Shown piece after piece: positions 1 to 7,927 of a DNA stretch of 64,000 nt. Numbering within the stretch: position 1 is the first letter of the stretch; each line of letters opens with the position of its first letter. A model generated the notes under the pieces. The model had not been told where the DNA came from. It ran no database searches and saw nothing but the letters and a program-made list of their open reading frames with translations. The position numbers and the translations under genes are program-made. The DNA comes from Vicinamibacterales bacterium (lineage in GTDB: Bacteria; Acidobacteriota; Vicinamibacteria; Vicinamibacterales; UBA8438): assembly GCA_963663195.1 (NCBI GenBank), contig OY760136.1, positions 4,030,300 to 4,094,299 on the forward strand. The letters run 5' to 3'.

Positions 1-457
1 CCCATGAGGTGAACCGCAACCCCGCGATGGCGCTGCCCGAACTCATCCGCGTGCTCTGCAACTGCTGCTCCACCGTCGTCGTCGGAGGCAGCCTGCCGTC
101 CTGCGGGTCGACGATCAGCGACGTGCGTTGGGAAAGCTCTCCCTGCTCGAGCCAGTAGTCGTTGTAGAAGCCGACCGGATCCCCGCTGGGACGGTCGTCG
201 CTGAGTCCCGCCGTCAGATTCCGCGCGGCTCGTTCCTCGTCCGTGAGCACTGCTTTTCCGGCCAGATCCGCCGGCCGTTCCAACGGTGTCGTGGAAGCGT
301 TGGACCAGGTGCCCTGCAGATCGGGGTGCCCCCAGGGTGTGACGGGCGGCGACCACGTACCGCGCGCCGCGTCAGGTTGTTGACCCGCTAGCGCCGGCGG
401 CGTCCAGAGCAGTAACGCAACGGCAACGAACAGGGTGGCGAATGCACGATGATTCAT
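1..457 (-). CDS. Family paralogue P0 (5' part only, runs off the window): exported TPWGDPDLQG/CHEGNY-family protein
   Basis: Absent from the ORF track because there is no stop in the window. Reverse-strand ATG at 455-457 is preceded by GGGGAGG. My translation is MNHRAFATLFVAVALLLWTPPALAGQQ..VTPWGHPDLQGTWSNASTTPLERPADLAGKAVLTDEE..FYNDYWLEQ..RTSLIVDPQDGRLPP, i.e. a signal peptide plus the first three family motifs. Confidence 0.8.
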   Translation of the reverse strand, partial: MNHRAFATLFVAVALLLWTPPALAGQQPDAARGTWSPPVTPWGHPDLQGTWSNASTTPLERPADLAGKAVLTDEERAARNLTAGLSDDRPSGDPVGFYNDYWLEQGELSQRTSLIVDPQDGRLPPTTTVEQQLQSTRMSSGSAIAGLRFTSW

Positions 458-539
458 GACGACCTCCCCACGGAATGCGCGGCGACGGGGTGATCCACGT
501 GCCGTGGAAAGGGTAACCCCTTACACGGCATCTTACCCA

Positions 540-2105
540 CTAGAATTCCAGTTGCCAGCGGCCGTACAGCTCGTAGAGCGCCGCCGGCGGGTCCACCGCC
601 GGGTGCGTCTTGAAGTAGTCCCCGGTCAGCAGCACCGATCCGCCGACTTCCAGCGCCAGCAGCGACGCCATCTGCCAGCGCGTTTCCGCCAGCAGCTCCG
701 TCCCGATGTCCGGCGATCCGCTCCGCGGGCTGGGCGCGTCCGATCGCAGCCAGCCGGCCGCCAGGTAGGCGGACCATGCCGCGGCCAGCGGCTGCTCGTA
801 GCCGGCCTGCAGCGTCAGCAGGCCGAGGCCGTTGTTCTGCAGTCCGATGCCCAGATCCGTACCGTCCGACGGCCCGCGCGGCGACGTCAGACCGAGGAGG
901 CTCCAATACGACTGCGCGCCCAGGTTGTCGCGCGCGCTCTGCGCGATCGTGCGGAACTCGCCGGAGCGTGTCGAATCGTCGCCGCTGTTGCCGGTCGAGT
1001 ACAGCACCCGCAGATGCGTGGTTCCGGCGCCGGTATCGAGCGCGGTAGCAACCTTCGCGGCCCAGCCGGAATGCGACCAGTTGTAGTCAGGCGTCTCGCC
1101 CCTGTTCATGATCAGAAACAACGAGGTCGACCCGCCGCCGTGCTGCAGATGGCCGCGCCCGCCGACCCACAGCGCGTCGCCGCGCTGGACGAACTCGCCG
1201 GGCGCGTGACCGTGCGGCGCGGCCGGACCGCCGAAAGCGCAGTACAGGTTGCCGGCCCGATCGCGCGCGTAGTAGACGCTCACACCCCAGATCGACGAGC
1301 CAATGGTCCGATCGAGATCGGCCGTCAGGAGCCAGTTGTCGCCGTCGCCGGCGCGGGAATCGCGCTGCAGGATCAGCGCGCCCAGCGCGTAGTGCCAGGT
1401 CTCGCGGACGGTCTGCTCGAACGTGATGCCGCCGACGTTGAAGTCCCAGACCGAGTTGGCCAGCGGCGCCTGGGTGGTGTCGTAACGGTCGACCGCCCAC
1501 AGCGGATCGCCGAAGGCCGGACGCTCGCCGAAGCGGTCCTCCCAGCCGAGCACGCCGGCGCGGACCAGCGAGTGCTCGGTCGGCTTGTACCAGAGGAATC
1601 CGCGCCGCATCTCGACGCCCGCCTGGTCGATGCCTCCGAGCCGGCCGGGCTCGACGCCGAACGTCTTCGGAAATTCGCGCCCGCTGCCCAGCTCGATGTG
1701 GCCGGCCTCCATCTGGACGTAGGCGCCGTAGCGGCACGTCTCGCGGTCATGAACATTGACCCAGCCCCGGAAACGCTGGTTCAGGAAATCCGAGCCAGGC
1801 GGTTCGCTGGCGACCGTCCGGTCGTGAAATCCGAAATTGGCCTGGTTGCCCGTCAGCCGAAGCTGCCCGCCGGCCGCGAATCCGACGGCGCCCAGCGCGA
1901 GCGCCGGCGCGCATCCGTCATCGTCCGCAACCGCCGCCTGCCCGCCCGTCCCAGCCGCCGCCGTTGGCGCGGCGCACGCCAGGATGATGCACGCCGCCGC
2001 CGCGCCCAGGTAGGTTCCTCCGCCCGAATGAGATCGCACGATGTTGCTCCAGGGAACTACGCGCCGCTCGACCGTCGCCGCCGCACGCGTGCGCGGCTTG
2101 CTCAT
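540..2105 (-). CDS. Outer-membrane beta-barrel (porin-like) protein
   Basis: This is the in-frame ATG (2103-2105) part of ORF 540..2891. The protein ends ..ALYELYGRWQLEF with a terminal Phe, typical of OM barrels. It has alternating amphipathic, Gly/Tyr/Trp-rich segments and sits 2 nt downstream of the ABC permease gene. Confidence 0.65.
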   Translation of the reverse strand: MSKPRTRAAATVERRVVPWSNIVRSHSGGGTYLGAAAACIILACAAPTAAAGTGGQAAVADDDGCAPALALGAVGFAAGGQLRLTGNQANFGFHDRTVASEPPGSDFLNQRFRGWVNVHDRETCRYGAYVQMEAGHIELGSGREFPKTFGVEPGRLGGIDQAGVEMRRGFLWYKPTEHSLVRAGVLGWEDRFGERPAFGDPLWAVDRYDTTQAPLANSVWDFNVGGITFEQTVRETWHYALGALILQRDSRAGDGDNWLLTADLDRTIGSSIWGVSVYYARDRAGNLYCAFGGPAAPHGHAPGEFVQRGDALWVGGRGHLQHGGGSTSLFLIMNRGETPDYNWSHSGWAAKVATALDTGAGTTHLRVLYSTGNSGDDSTRSGEFRTIAQSARDNLGAQSYWSLLGLTSPRGPSDGTDLGIGLQNNGLGLLTLQAGYEQPLAAAWSAYLAAGWLRSDAPSPRSGSPDIGTELLAETRWQMASLLALEVGGSVLLTGDYFKTHPAVDPPAALYELYGRWQLEF

Positions 2106-2107
2106 TA

Positions 2108-2950
2108 TCACCCTTCGCGCGCGCTGCTCGCCGCCCGCCGCCGCAGCCACTCCACCGTGAACAGCAGCAGCACCGCGAAGACGACCAGGAACGTCGCGAC
2201 GGCCAGGATGGCCGGGCTGATCTGCTCGCGGATGCCGGCCCACATCTGGCGCGGGATGGTGCGCTGGTCCTCCCCCGCCATGAACAGCACGACCACCACC
2301 TCGTCGAACGAAGCGGCGAATGCGAATAGCGCACCGGAGAGCACGCCCGGCGCAATCAGCGGCAGCTGCACGCGTCTGAAAGTGCGCAGCGGTCCGGCGC
2401 CGAGGCTGGCGGCGGCGCGCGTCAGGTTCGTGTCGAAGGCGGACAGCGTAGCGGTCACCGTGATGACGACGAACGGCGTGCCGAGCGCGGCGTGAGCCAG
2501 GATCAGCCCCAGGTGCGTCTGCGAAAGGCCGAGCGTCGAGTAGAAGAAGAACATCCCGGCGGCCGAGATGATCAGCGGCGTGACCATCGGCGAGATCAGC
2601 AGCCCCATCGCAGCGCGCCGCGCCGGCATGGCGCGGCTCGCCAGACCCAGCGCCGCAAGCGTGCCGAGCGCCGTCGCCAGCGCCGTGGCAGCGATGCCAA
2701 TCAACAGGCTGTTGCCGAGCGCGCGCGCCCAGACCTCGTTCTCGACGATCTCCCGGTACCACCGCAGGGAGTACGCGTCGGGATCGAGCCGCAGCATCCC
2801 CTCGGTGAAGGTGAAGTACGGCTGGGCATTGAAGCTGAGCGGCACGATCACCAGGATTGGCGCCACCAGAAACGCAAAGATCAGCCCGCACGCCGCCAGG
2901 TAGACGATGCGCCCGACGCGCGGCCCGGTCGCTGTCGGCGGCATCGTCAT
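2108..2950 (-). CDS. ABC transporter permease (PotC-like)
   Basis: The real start MTMPPTATG is at 2950, inside ORF 2108..3973. The protein is multi-TM and carries an EAA-type loop (..AAASLGAGPLRTFRRVQLPLIAPG..). An ATGA overlap links it to the upstream permease. Confidence 0.85.
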   Translation of the reverse strand: MTMPPTATGPRVGRIVYLAACGLIFAFLVAPILVIVPLSFNAQPYFTFTEGMLRLDPDAYSLRWYREIVENEVWARALGNSLLIGIAATALATALGTLAALGLASRAMPARRAAMGLLISPMVTPLIISAAGMFFFYSTLGLSQTHLGLILAHAALGTPFVVITVTATLSAFDTNLTRAAASLGAGPLRTFRRVQLPLIAPGVLSGALFAFAASFDEVVVVLFMAGEDQRTIPRQMWAGIREQISPAILAVATFLVVFAVLLLFTVEWLRRRAASSAREG

Positions 2951-4143
2951 CCGAGACGCATGCGCTCCACGCCGACCAGGCGGTCGTAGAGCAGATAGAG
3001 CACGGCCACCGACACCAGGAGGATGCCGCCGAGAGCCCCGGCGAGGCCCCAGTTCAGCGATGTCTGCATGTGGTACGCGATGAAATTGGAGATGAGCTGG
3101 CCGCTCTGCCCGCCAACCAGGGCCGGGGTGATGTAGTAGCCGATGGCCAGGATGAACACCAGCAGCGATCCCGCGCCGACCCCCGGCAGCGTCTGCGGCC
3201 AGTAGACGCGCCGGAACGCATGCGGAAAACCGGCCCCCAGCGAGGCGGCGGCGCTCATCTGCTGGGGCGGTATCGCCCGCATCACGGAATAGAGCGGCAG
3301 CACCATGAACGGCAGCAGCACGTGGGTCATCGCCACCACCGTGCCGGTCATGTTGTAGATCATCGCGATGCGCCCGTCGTCGCCGACCAGGCCCAGCGCG
3401 ACGAGCAGATCGTTGACCACACCCTGGGTCTGCAGGAGCACGATCCAGGAAGTGGTCCGCACCAGCAGCGACGTCCAGAAAGGCACCAGCACGAGCGCCA
3501 GCAGCAGGCCCGCGCGGCGCGGCGGCGCGTGGGCAATCAGATGGGCCACGGGATAGCCGAGCAGCAGGCACAGGACAGTGATGCCCAGGCTCACCATGAA
3601 TGTACGCCAGAACAGCGCCAGGTAGATGCGCCGGTCCTCGGGCTGAAGGGCGACGGAGCCGTCGGGCTGGCGCTGCAGGTCGACGGCGTTCAGGTAGTGC
3701 CGCACTGTGAGGCGGTCGCCCGCCGTGCGAATCGCGTGCCACGTGCGCGGCTCGCCCCAATCCGCGTCGATCGCGATCAGCGCCTCGCGCCACGGACCCG
3801 CTTCGACTTCCCGCAGCCGCCGCACGCTGCGCACCAGGACGCTCCGCAACCCGCCCTGCACGCGGTTGACGCGACTGGCGATGCGTCCGAGCGTGCGCTC
3901 CTCGCGGGCCTCCAGCAACTCCCGCCTGGCGGCGGCGTACACCGCTTCCGACGGCGCGCCCTGTCCGTCCCAATCGCGTAGCGCCGCCAGCGTTTCCGGC
4001 AGCGCGTCGGCGACCACCGGGTCGTAGACGCTGCGCACCAGCATCGTCGCCACCGGCGCGACGAACGTGACGGCGATGAACACCACCAGCGGTAGCACCA
4101 GCCCCGCCGCCCGCAGCCGCGGGTTCCTCAACGGGCCAGCCAT
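2947..4143 (-). CDS. ABC transporter permease (PotB-like)
   Basis: The real start MAGPLRNPRL is at 4143, inside ORF 2947..4566. The protein has 6 TM segments and the loop ..AAASLGAGFPHAFRRVYWPQTLPG.. Confidence 0.85.
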   Translation of the reverse strand: MAGPLRNPRLRAAGLVLPLVVFIAVTFVAPVATMLVRSVYDPVVADALPETLAALRDWDGQGAPSEAVYAAARRELLEAREERTLGRIASRVNRVQGGLRSVLVRSVRRLREVEAGPWREALIAIDADWGEPRTWHAIRTAGDRLTVRHYLNAVDLQRQPDGSVALQPEDRRIYLALFWRTFMVSLGITVLCLLLGYPVAHLIAHAPPRRAGLLLALVLVPFWTSLLVRTTSWIVLLQTQGVVNDLLVALGLVGDDGRIAMIYNMTGTVVAMTHVLLPFMVLPLYSVMRAIPPQQMSAAASLGAGFPHAFRRVYWPQTLPGVGAGSLLVFILAIGYYITPALVGGQSGQLISNFIAYHMQTSLNWGLAGALGGILLVSVAVLYLLYDRLVGVERMRLG

Positions 4144-5249
4144 GCGCTGAAACGCTCGTTCATCTCGTCCGCGTGGTCGCTCCACCATTCCCAGTCGTTC
4201 GACAGCACGCGGGCGGCGTTCTCGGGATACAGCGGCATGTGCGGATTCATGTCGATGCCGACCTCGGCGTGGCGCCCGATGAGCGGCAAGCCGGAGCGGC
4301 GGGCGGGGCTGTAGGCGATGTAGTGGCCGACCGCCGCCATCGACTCGGCGGTGGTCGCGAAACGGACGAGCGCCAGGGCCGCTTCGAGGTCCGGCGTTCC
4401 GGCGACGATCGCCAGGGGGCCGACATCGAGGATCTGGCCGTCCCAGACGATGACGAACGGCTGGGCCTCCAGCGCCTGTGCATTGAAGATGCGGCCGTTG
4501 TAGGCGGTGCTCATCACCACCTCCCCGTCGGCCAGCATCTGCGGGGGCTGCGCGCCGGCCTCCCACCAGACGACCTCGTCCTTGATGGTGCCGAGCTTGC
4601 GGAAGGCCCGGTCGACGCCCTCGGGCGTGTCGAGGGCGGCGTACACCCGGTCGAGCGGCACGCCGTCGGCGATCAGCGCGAATTCCAGGTTGGCGTGCGG
4701 CACGCGGCGCATGCCGCGCCGGCCCGGAAAGCGCTCCAGGTCGAAGAAGTCAGCCATCGTCGCCGGCGGCTCACCGGTAATCCGTTCGGGGTTGTAGGCA
4801 TAGACCGTGGAATAGAAGGTGACGCCCACGGCGCATTCGAACAGCGACCCCGGCAGGAAGTCTTCGAGCGCCGGCGCGCCGTCCGCGCCAGACGGCAGCA
4901 TGGCGAGGTCGATCCGTTCCAGGATGCCCTCGTCGCAGCCGCTCACCGCGTCGGCCGTCTCGAGATCGACGATGTCCCAGTGGACGTTGCCGGTCTCGAC
5001 CTGCGCCCGTACCTGCGCAAGGCCGCCGTTGTAGTCCTCCAGGCGGATCTCGATGCCGGTCTGCTCGGCGAACGGCTCCAGGTAGCCCTTGTCGATGGCT
5101 TGCGCATAGGAGCCGCCCCAGGAAACCACCGTCAGTGACTCGCGGCGCGGCCCGCCGCACCCGGCCGACGGCGCGGCCAGCATCACGAGGATGGACAGCA
5201 ACCCCGCGGAAGCCGCCAGCGTCAGCGCGCGTCCCCGCCGGCCGTTCAA
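4128..5249 (-). CDS. ABC transporter periplasmic substrate-binding protein (PotD/PotF-like), probable lipoprotein
   Basis: A TTG start at 5249 overlaps the ATPase stop (TTGA). The signal is ..LLSILVMLAAPSAGC, and the mature part (SWGGSYAQAIDKGYLEPFAEQTGIEI..) is typical of solute-binding proteins. The start codon is uncertain. Confidence 0.75.
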   Translation of the reverse strand: MNGRRGRALTLAASAGLLSILVMLAAPSAGCGGPRRESLTVVSWGGSYAQAIDKGYLEPFAEQTGIEIRLEDYNGGLAQVRAQVETGNVHWDIVDLETADAVSGCDEGILERIDLAMLPSGADGAPALEDFLPGSLFECAVGVTFYSTVYAYNPERITGEPPATMADFFDLERFPGRRGMRRVPHANLEFALIADGVPLDRVYAALDTPEGVDRAFRKLGTIKDEVVWWEAGAQPPQMLADGEVVMSTAYNGRIFNAQALEAQPFVIVWDGQILDVGPLAIVAGTPDLEAALALVRFATTAESMAAVGHYIAYSPARRSGLPLIGRHAEVGIDMNPHMPLYPENAARVLSNDWEWWSDHADEMNERFSAWLAR

Positions 5250-6370
5250 CGTGCGACCCCCTGTTCGTCCGCATCCAGCACGCGGCAATCGGTCGGCGTC
5301 CAGCCGATGCGTATGCGGTCGCCCTCGATCACGGCGCCGTGGCCCACCACGTTCGGAATCTTGACGATGAACTCCGAGCTGCCGCACACGTTGACGCGCA
5401 GGCGGAGATGGTCGCCGAGGAACGTCATGTCCTCGATCCTGGCCTCGAACTCGTTGGTGTACAACCCGGGCGCGGGCGCGACGGCCACCCGTTCCGGACG
5501 AATCGACAGCGTCGTGGCGTCGCCCGGGCCGCACGGCGCGACACGCAGCGCACGGACGGTCTCGCCCCCGACGTCGACCTCGCAGATCTCGTCGGCAATG
5601 TTGATGACGCGCCCGGCCAGGCGGTTGTTCTCACCGATGAAGCGCGCAACAAAAGAGCGCGCCGGCTCCTCGTACAACCCCTCCGGCGATGCGATCTGCT
5701 CGATGCGCCCGGCCTGGAACACCGCCACGCGGTCCGACATCACCAGCGCCTCCTGCTGGTCGTGGGTCACGTACAGCACTGTGACCCCGAGGTCGCGGTG
5801 GATGCGCCGGATCTCGTACTGCAGCTCCTCGCGCAGGCGCCGGTCGAGCGCCCCCAGCGGCTCGTCCATCAGCACCAGCTCCGGCTCGAACACCAGCGCG
5901 CGGGCTATCGCCACCCGCTGCTGCTGGCCGCCCGAGAGCTGTCCCGGCCGGCGCTGCTCCAGCCCCTCGAGCCGCACGAGCTGCAGGACGCGCCGCACCT
6001 GCTCGCGGCGGCGCTCGGGCGCGATCCCGCGCACCTCCAGCGGAAACGCCAGGTTCTCGCCCACGGTCATGTGCGGAAAGAGCGCGTAGTTCTGGAACAC
6101 CATGCCGATGCCCCGCCGCCGCGGCGGCACCTGCTGCACGGCGCGCCCGCCGATGCGGATGACGCCCGCGGTCGGCGTCTCGAAACCGGCCAGCATCATC
6201 AGGCAGGTGGTCTTGCCGGAGCCGGACGGCCCGAGCAGGGTCAGAAACTCGCCCTTGCGGATCTGCAGGTCGAGGTCGCGCACCACCAGCGTCCGCCCGT
6301 CGAACGTCTTGCTGACCCGTTCGAACTCGACGTACGCGGCGTTTCCGGTCGATTGGCTGTTCTGGTCCAT
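5246..6370 (-). CDS. ABC transporter ATP-binding protein (PotA-like)
   Basis: Walker A GPSGSGKT, signature LSGGQQQR and Walker B LVLMDEPL are all present, followed by a C-terminal TOBE-like regulatory domain. Confidence 0.95.
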   Translation of the reverse strand: MDQNSQSTGNAAYVEFERVSKTFDGRTLVVRDLDLQIRKGEFLTLLGPSGSGKTTCLMMLAGFETPTAGVIRIGGRAVQQVPPRRRGIGMVFQNYALFPHMTVGENLAFPLEVRGIAPERRREQVRRVLQLVRLEGLEQRRPGQLSGGQQQRVAIARALVFEPELVLMDEPLGALDRRLREELQYEIRRIHRDLGVTVLYVTHDQQEALVMSDRVAVFQAGRIEQIASPEGLYEEPARSFVARFIGENNRLAGRVINIADEICEVDVGGETVRALRVAPCGPGDATTLSIRPERVAVAPAPGLYTNEFEARIEDMTFLGDHLRLRVNVCGSSEFIVKIPNVVGHGAVIEGDRIRIGWTPTDCRVLDADEQGVAR

Positions 6371-7753
6371 CTATGGGTTTCCGTTTGCCGCGGAGGGTTC
6401 CGCAAATGCCGTTTTCAGCAGCGGCGGCGTCACGAGCGTCGTCAGCATGACCATGGCGACGATCGCGGAAAAGGTATTGTCGCTCAACACGGGAGTGCCG
6501 GCGACCAGGACCGTATGGCCGATGCTGGCGAAGATCAACCCCACCTCGCCGCGCGGAATCATGCCGATCCCGATGGCCCAGCGATTGAGGCCCCGCTTGA
6601 AGACGCCCAGCACGCAGGCCTGCTTGCTCACGACAGCCGCGACGCTCAAGAGGCCGGCGAAGACCACTACGTCGAGCGAGGCGAAGGACGCCATGTCGAC
6701 GCGCAGCCCCATGTAAACGAAGAATACAGGGACGAATATCGTGCCGATCGGTGCGATGGCGGCGTCTATCCTGTACCGTTCCCGCTGCTCGCCGAAGAAC
6801 CTCGTGATTTCCTCGCTGAGCACCAGCCCCGCGGCGAAGGCCCCCACGATGTCCGCCAGACCGATATAGTCCGCAAGCGCCGCCATCAGGAAGCAGTAGG
6901 CGACGCCCAGCACGGCCGGGGCCGACGGCGATCGCGCGTGCCGGACGAGCCGCATCAGCGGCAGGATGACGACCCGGCCGAACAGCAACGATCCGGCGAG
7001 GAAGCCCACGGCCTGCCCCACGATCAGAACTACGGGGCCAACGGCAAGCTCGAGCGCGCCGCCGGTATCGGCCGCGCCCACCAACCCGAGAATGATTGCC
7101 AGCACGATCAGGCCGAGGATGTCGTCCACGACGGCCGCGCCGAGAATAACCTTGGACTCCGGCGCATCCATCCTGCCGATATCGCGCAGCACGCGCGCCG
7201 TGATCCCGACGCTGGTCGCAGCGAGCGTCGCCCCGACGAACAGGTGGACATACCATGCGACGTCCGCGGGGAGGAAAGCGGAAGAAACGGCGTAGCCCAG
7301 CGCCACCGGCGCGACGACCCCCATCAACGCCACGCCGACGGCCGAGGATCCGACCCTCAGCAGTTCCTTGAGGTTGCAGTCGAGACCGACCTGGAACAGC
7401 AGCAGAATCACGCCGATTTCGGCTGCGATCGGCAGGAACGGATCGCTCTTCAGCGCATCGAAAATATCGATGCCGAATACGCCCAGGTTGCCCAGGACGA
7501 CCCCGACAAGCAGCTCGCCCAGCACCGCGGGCTGGCCGAGCCGCTCGACCAGCTCACCGGCGACCTTGGCGGCGATGAGGATGGCGGCGAACGACACCAG
7601 GAATGGAGCCATGTCGCCGCCGTGCGGCCCCTCCTGGGCGCCGGCCAGGCGCCAGGCGCCGAAGACGATGGCGGGAACCAGAAAGCCGCAGCGGCGAAGC
7701 AATCCGCGGTACTGCCGCGTGCGGTGCGGAAGGGCGGACTGCGGGCTTGTCAT
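6371..7753 (-). CDS. Cation:proton antiporter (CPA2 / Na_H_Exchanger family)
   Basis: Polytopic membrane protein with ..ILIAAKVAGELVERLGQPAVLGELLVGVVLGN.. The stop abuts the ATPase start. An alternative start at 7612 (MAPFLVSF) is equally plausible. Confidence 0.85.
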   Translation of the reverse strand: MTSPQSALPHRTRQYRGLLRRCGFLVPAIVFGAWRLAGAQEGPHGGDMAPFLVSFAAILIAAKVAGELVERLGQPAVLGELLVGVVLGNLGVFGIDIFDALKSDPFLPIAAEIGVILLLFQVGLDCNLKELLRVGSSAVGVALMGVVAPVALGYAVSSAFLPADVAWYVHLFVGATLAATSVGITARVLRDIGRMDAPESKVILGAAVVDDILGLIVLAIILGLVGAADTGGALELAVGPVVLIVGQAVGFLAGSLLFGRVVILPLMRLVRHARSPSAPAVLGVAYCFLMAALADYIGLADIVGAFAAGLVLSEEITRFFGEQRERYRIDAAIAPIGTIFVPVFFVYMGLRVDMASFASLDVVVFAGLLSVAAVVSKQACVLGVFKRGLNRWAIGIGMIPRGEVGLIFASIGHTVLVAGTPVLSDNTFSAIVAMVMLTTLVTPPLLKTAFAEPSAANGNP

Positions 7754-7927
7754 GCGGGCTTCTTGCTGGCGCCCGATCATCGGCAGCCGCCGCGGGCGTG
7801 TCAAGGCGGATCTGCATGCGCCGTTGCACATGGAATTGATTCCGCGGCGCGCCATGGAGGCGCGCTTCGCGGCGCCAGGGAGGGTATGGTAAGAGCTACT
7901 GTCAAAGGCGCGACCGAGAGGTGTGAC

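Noticed and set aside
128-391. 87-aa plus-strand ORF at the window start
   Set aside because: It lies antisense to the partial family paralogue P0, whose translation shows the signal peptide and three family motifs.
456-2495. 679-aa plus-strand ORF, with several nested ORFs, overlapping the porin and permease genes
   Set aside because: The product is an Arg/Ala/Pro-rich low-complexity translation with no recognisable motifs. It lies antisense to genes with clear family signatures, a typical high-GC shadow ORF.
5135-7927. Upstream 930 codons of the 1661-aa ORF 5135..10120
   Set aside because: Only the part from ATG 7928 (RBS GAGAGG, signal peptide, family motifs) looks real. The upstream part is antisense to the ABC ATPase and antiporter genes and translates to low-complexity sequence.
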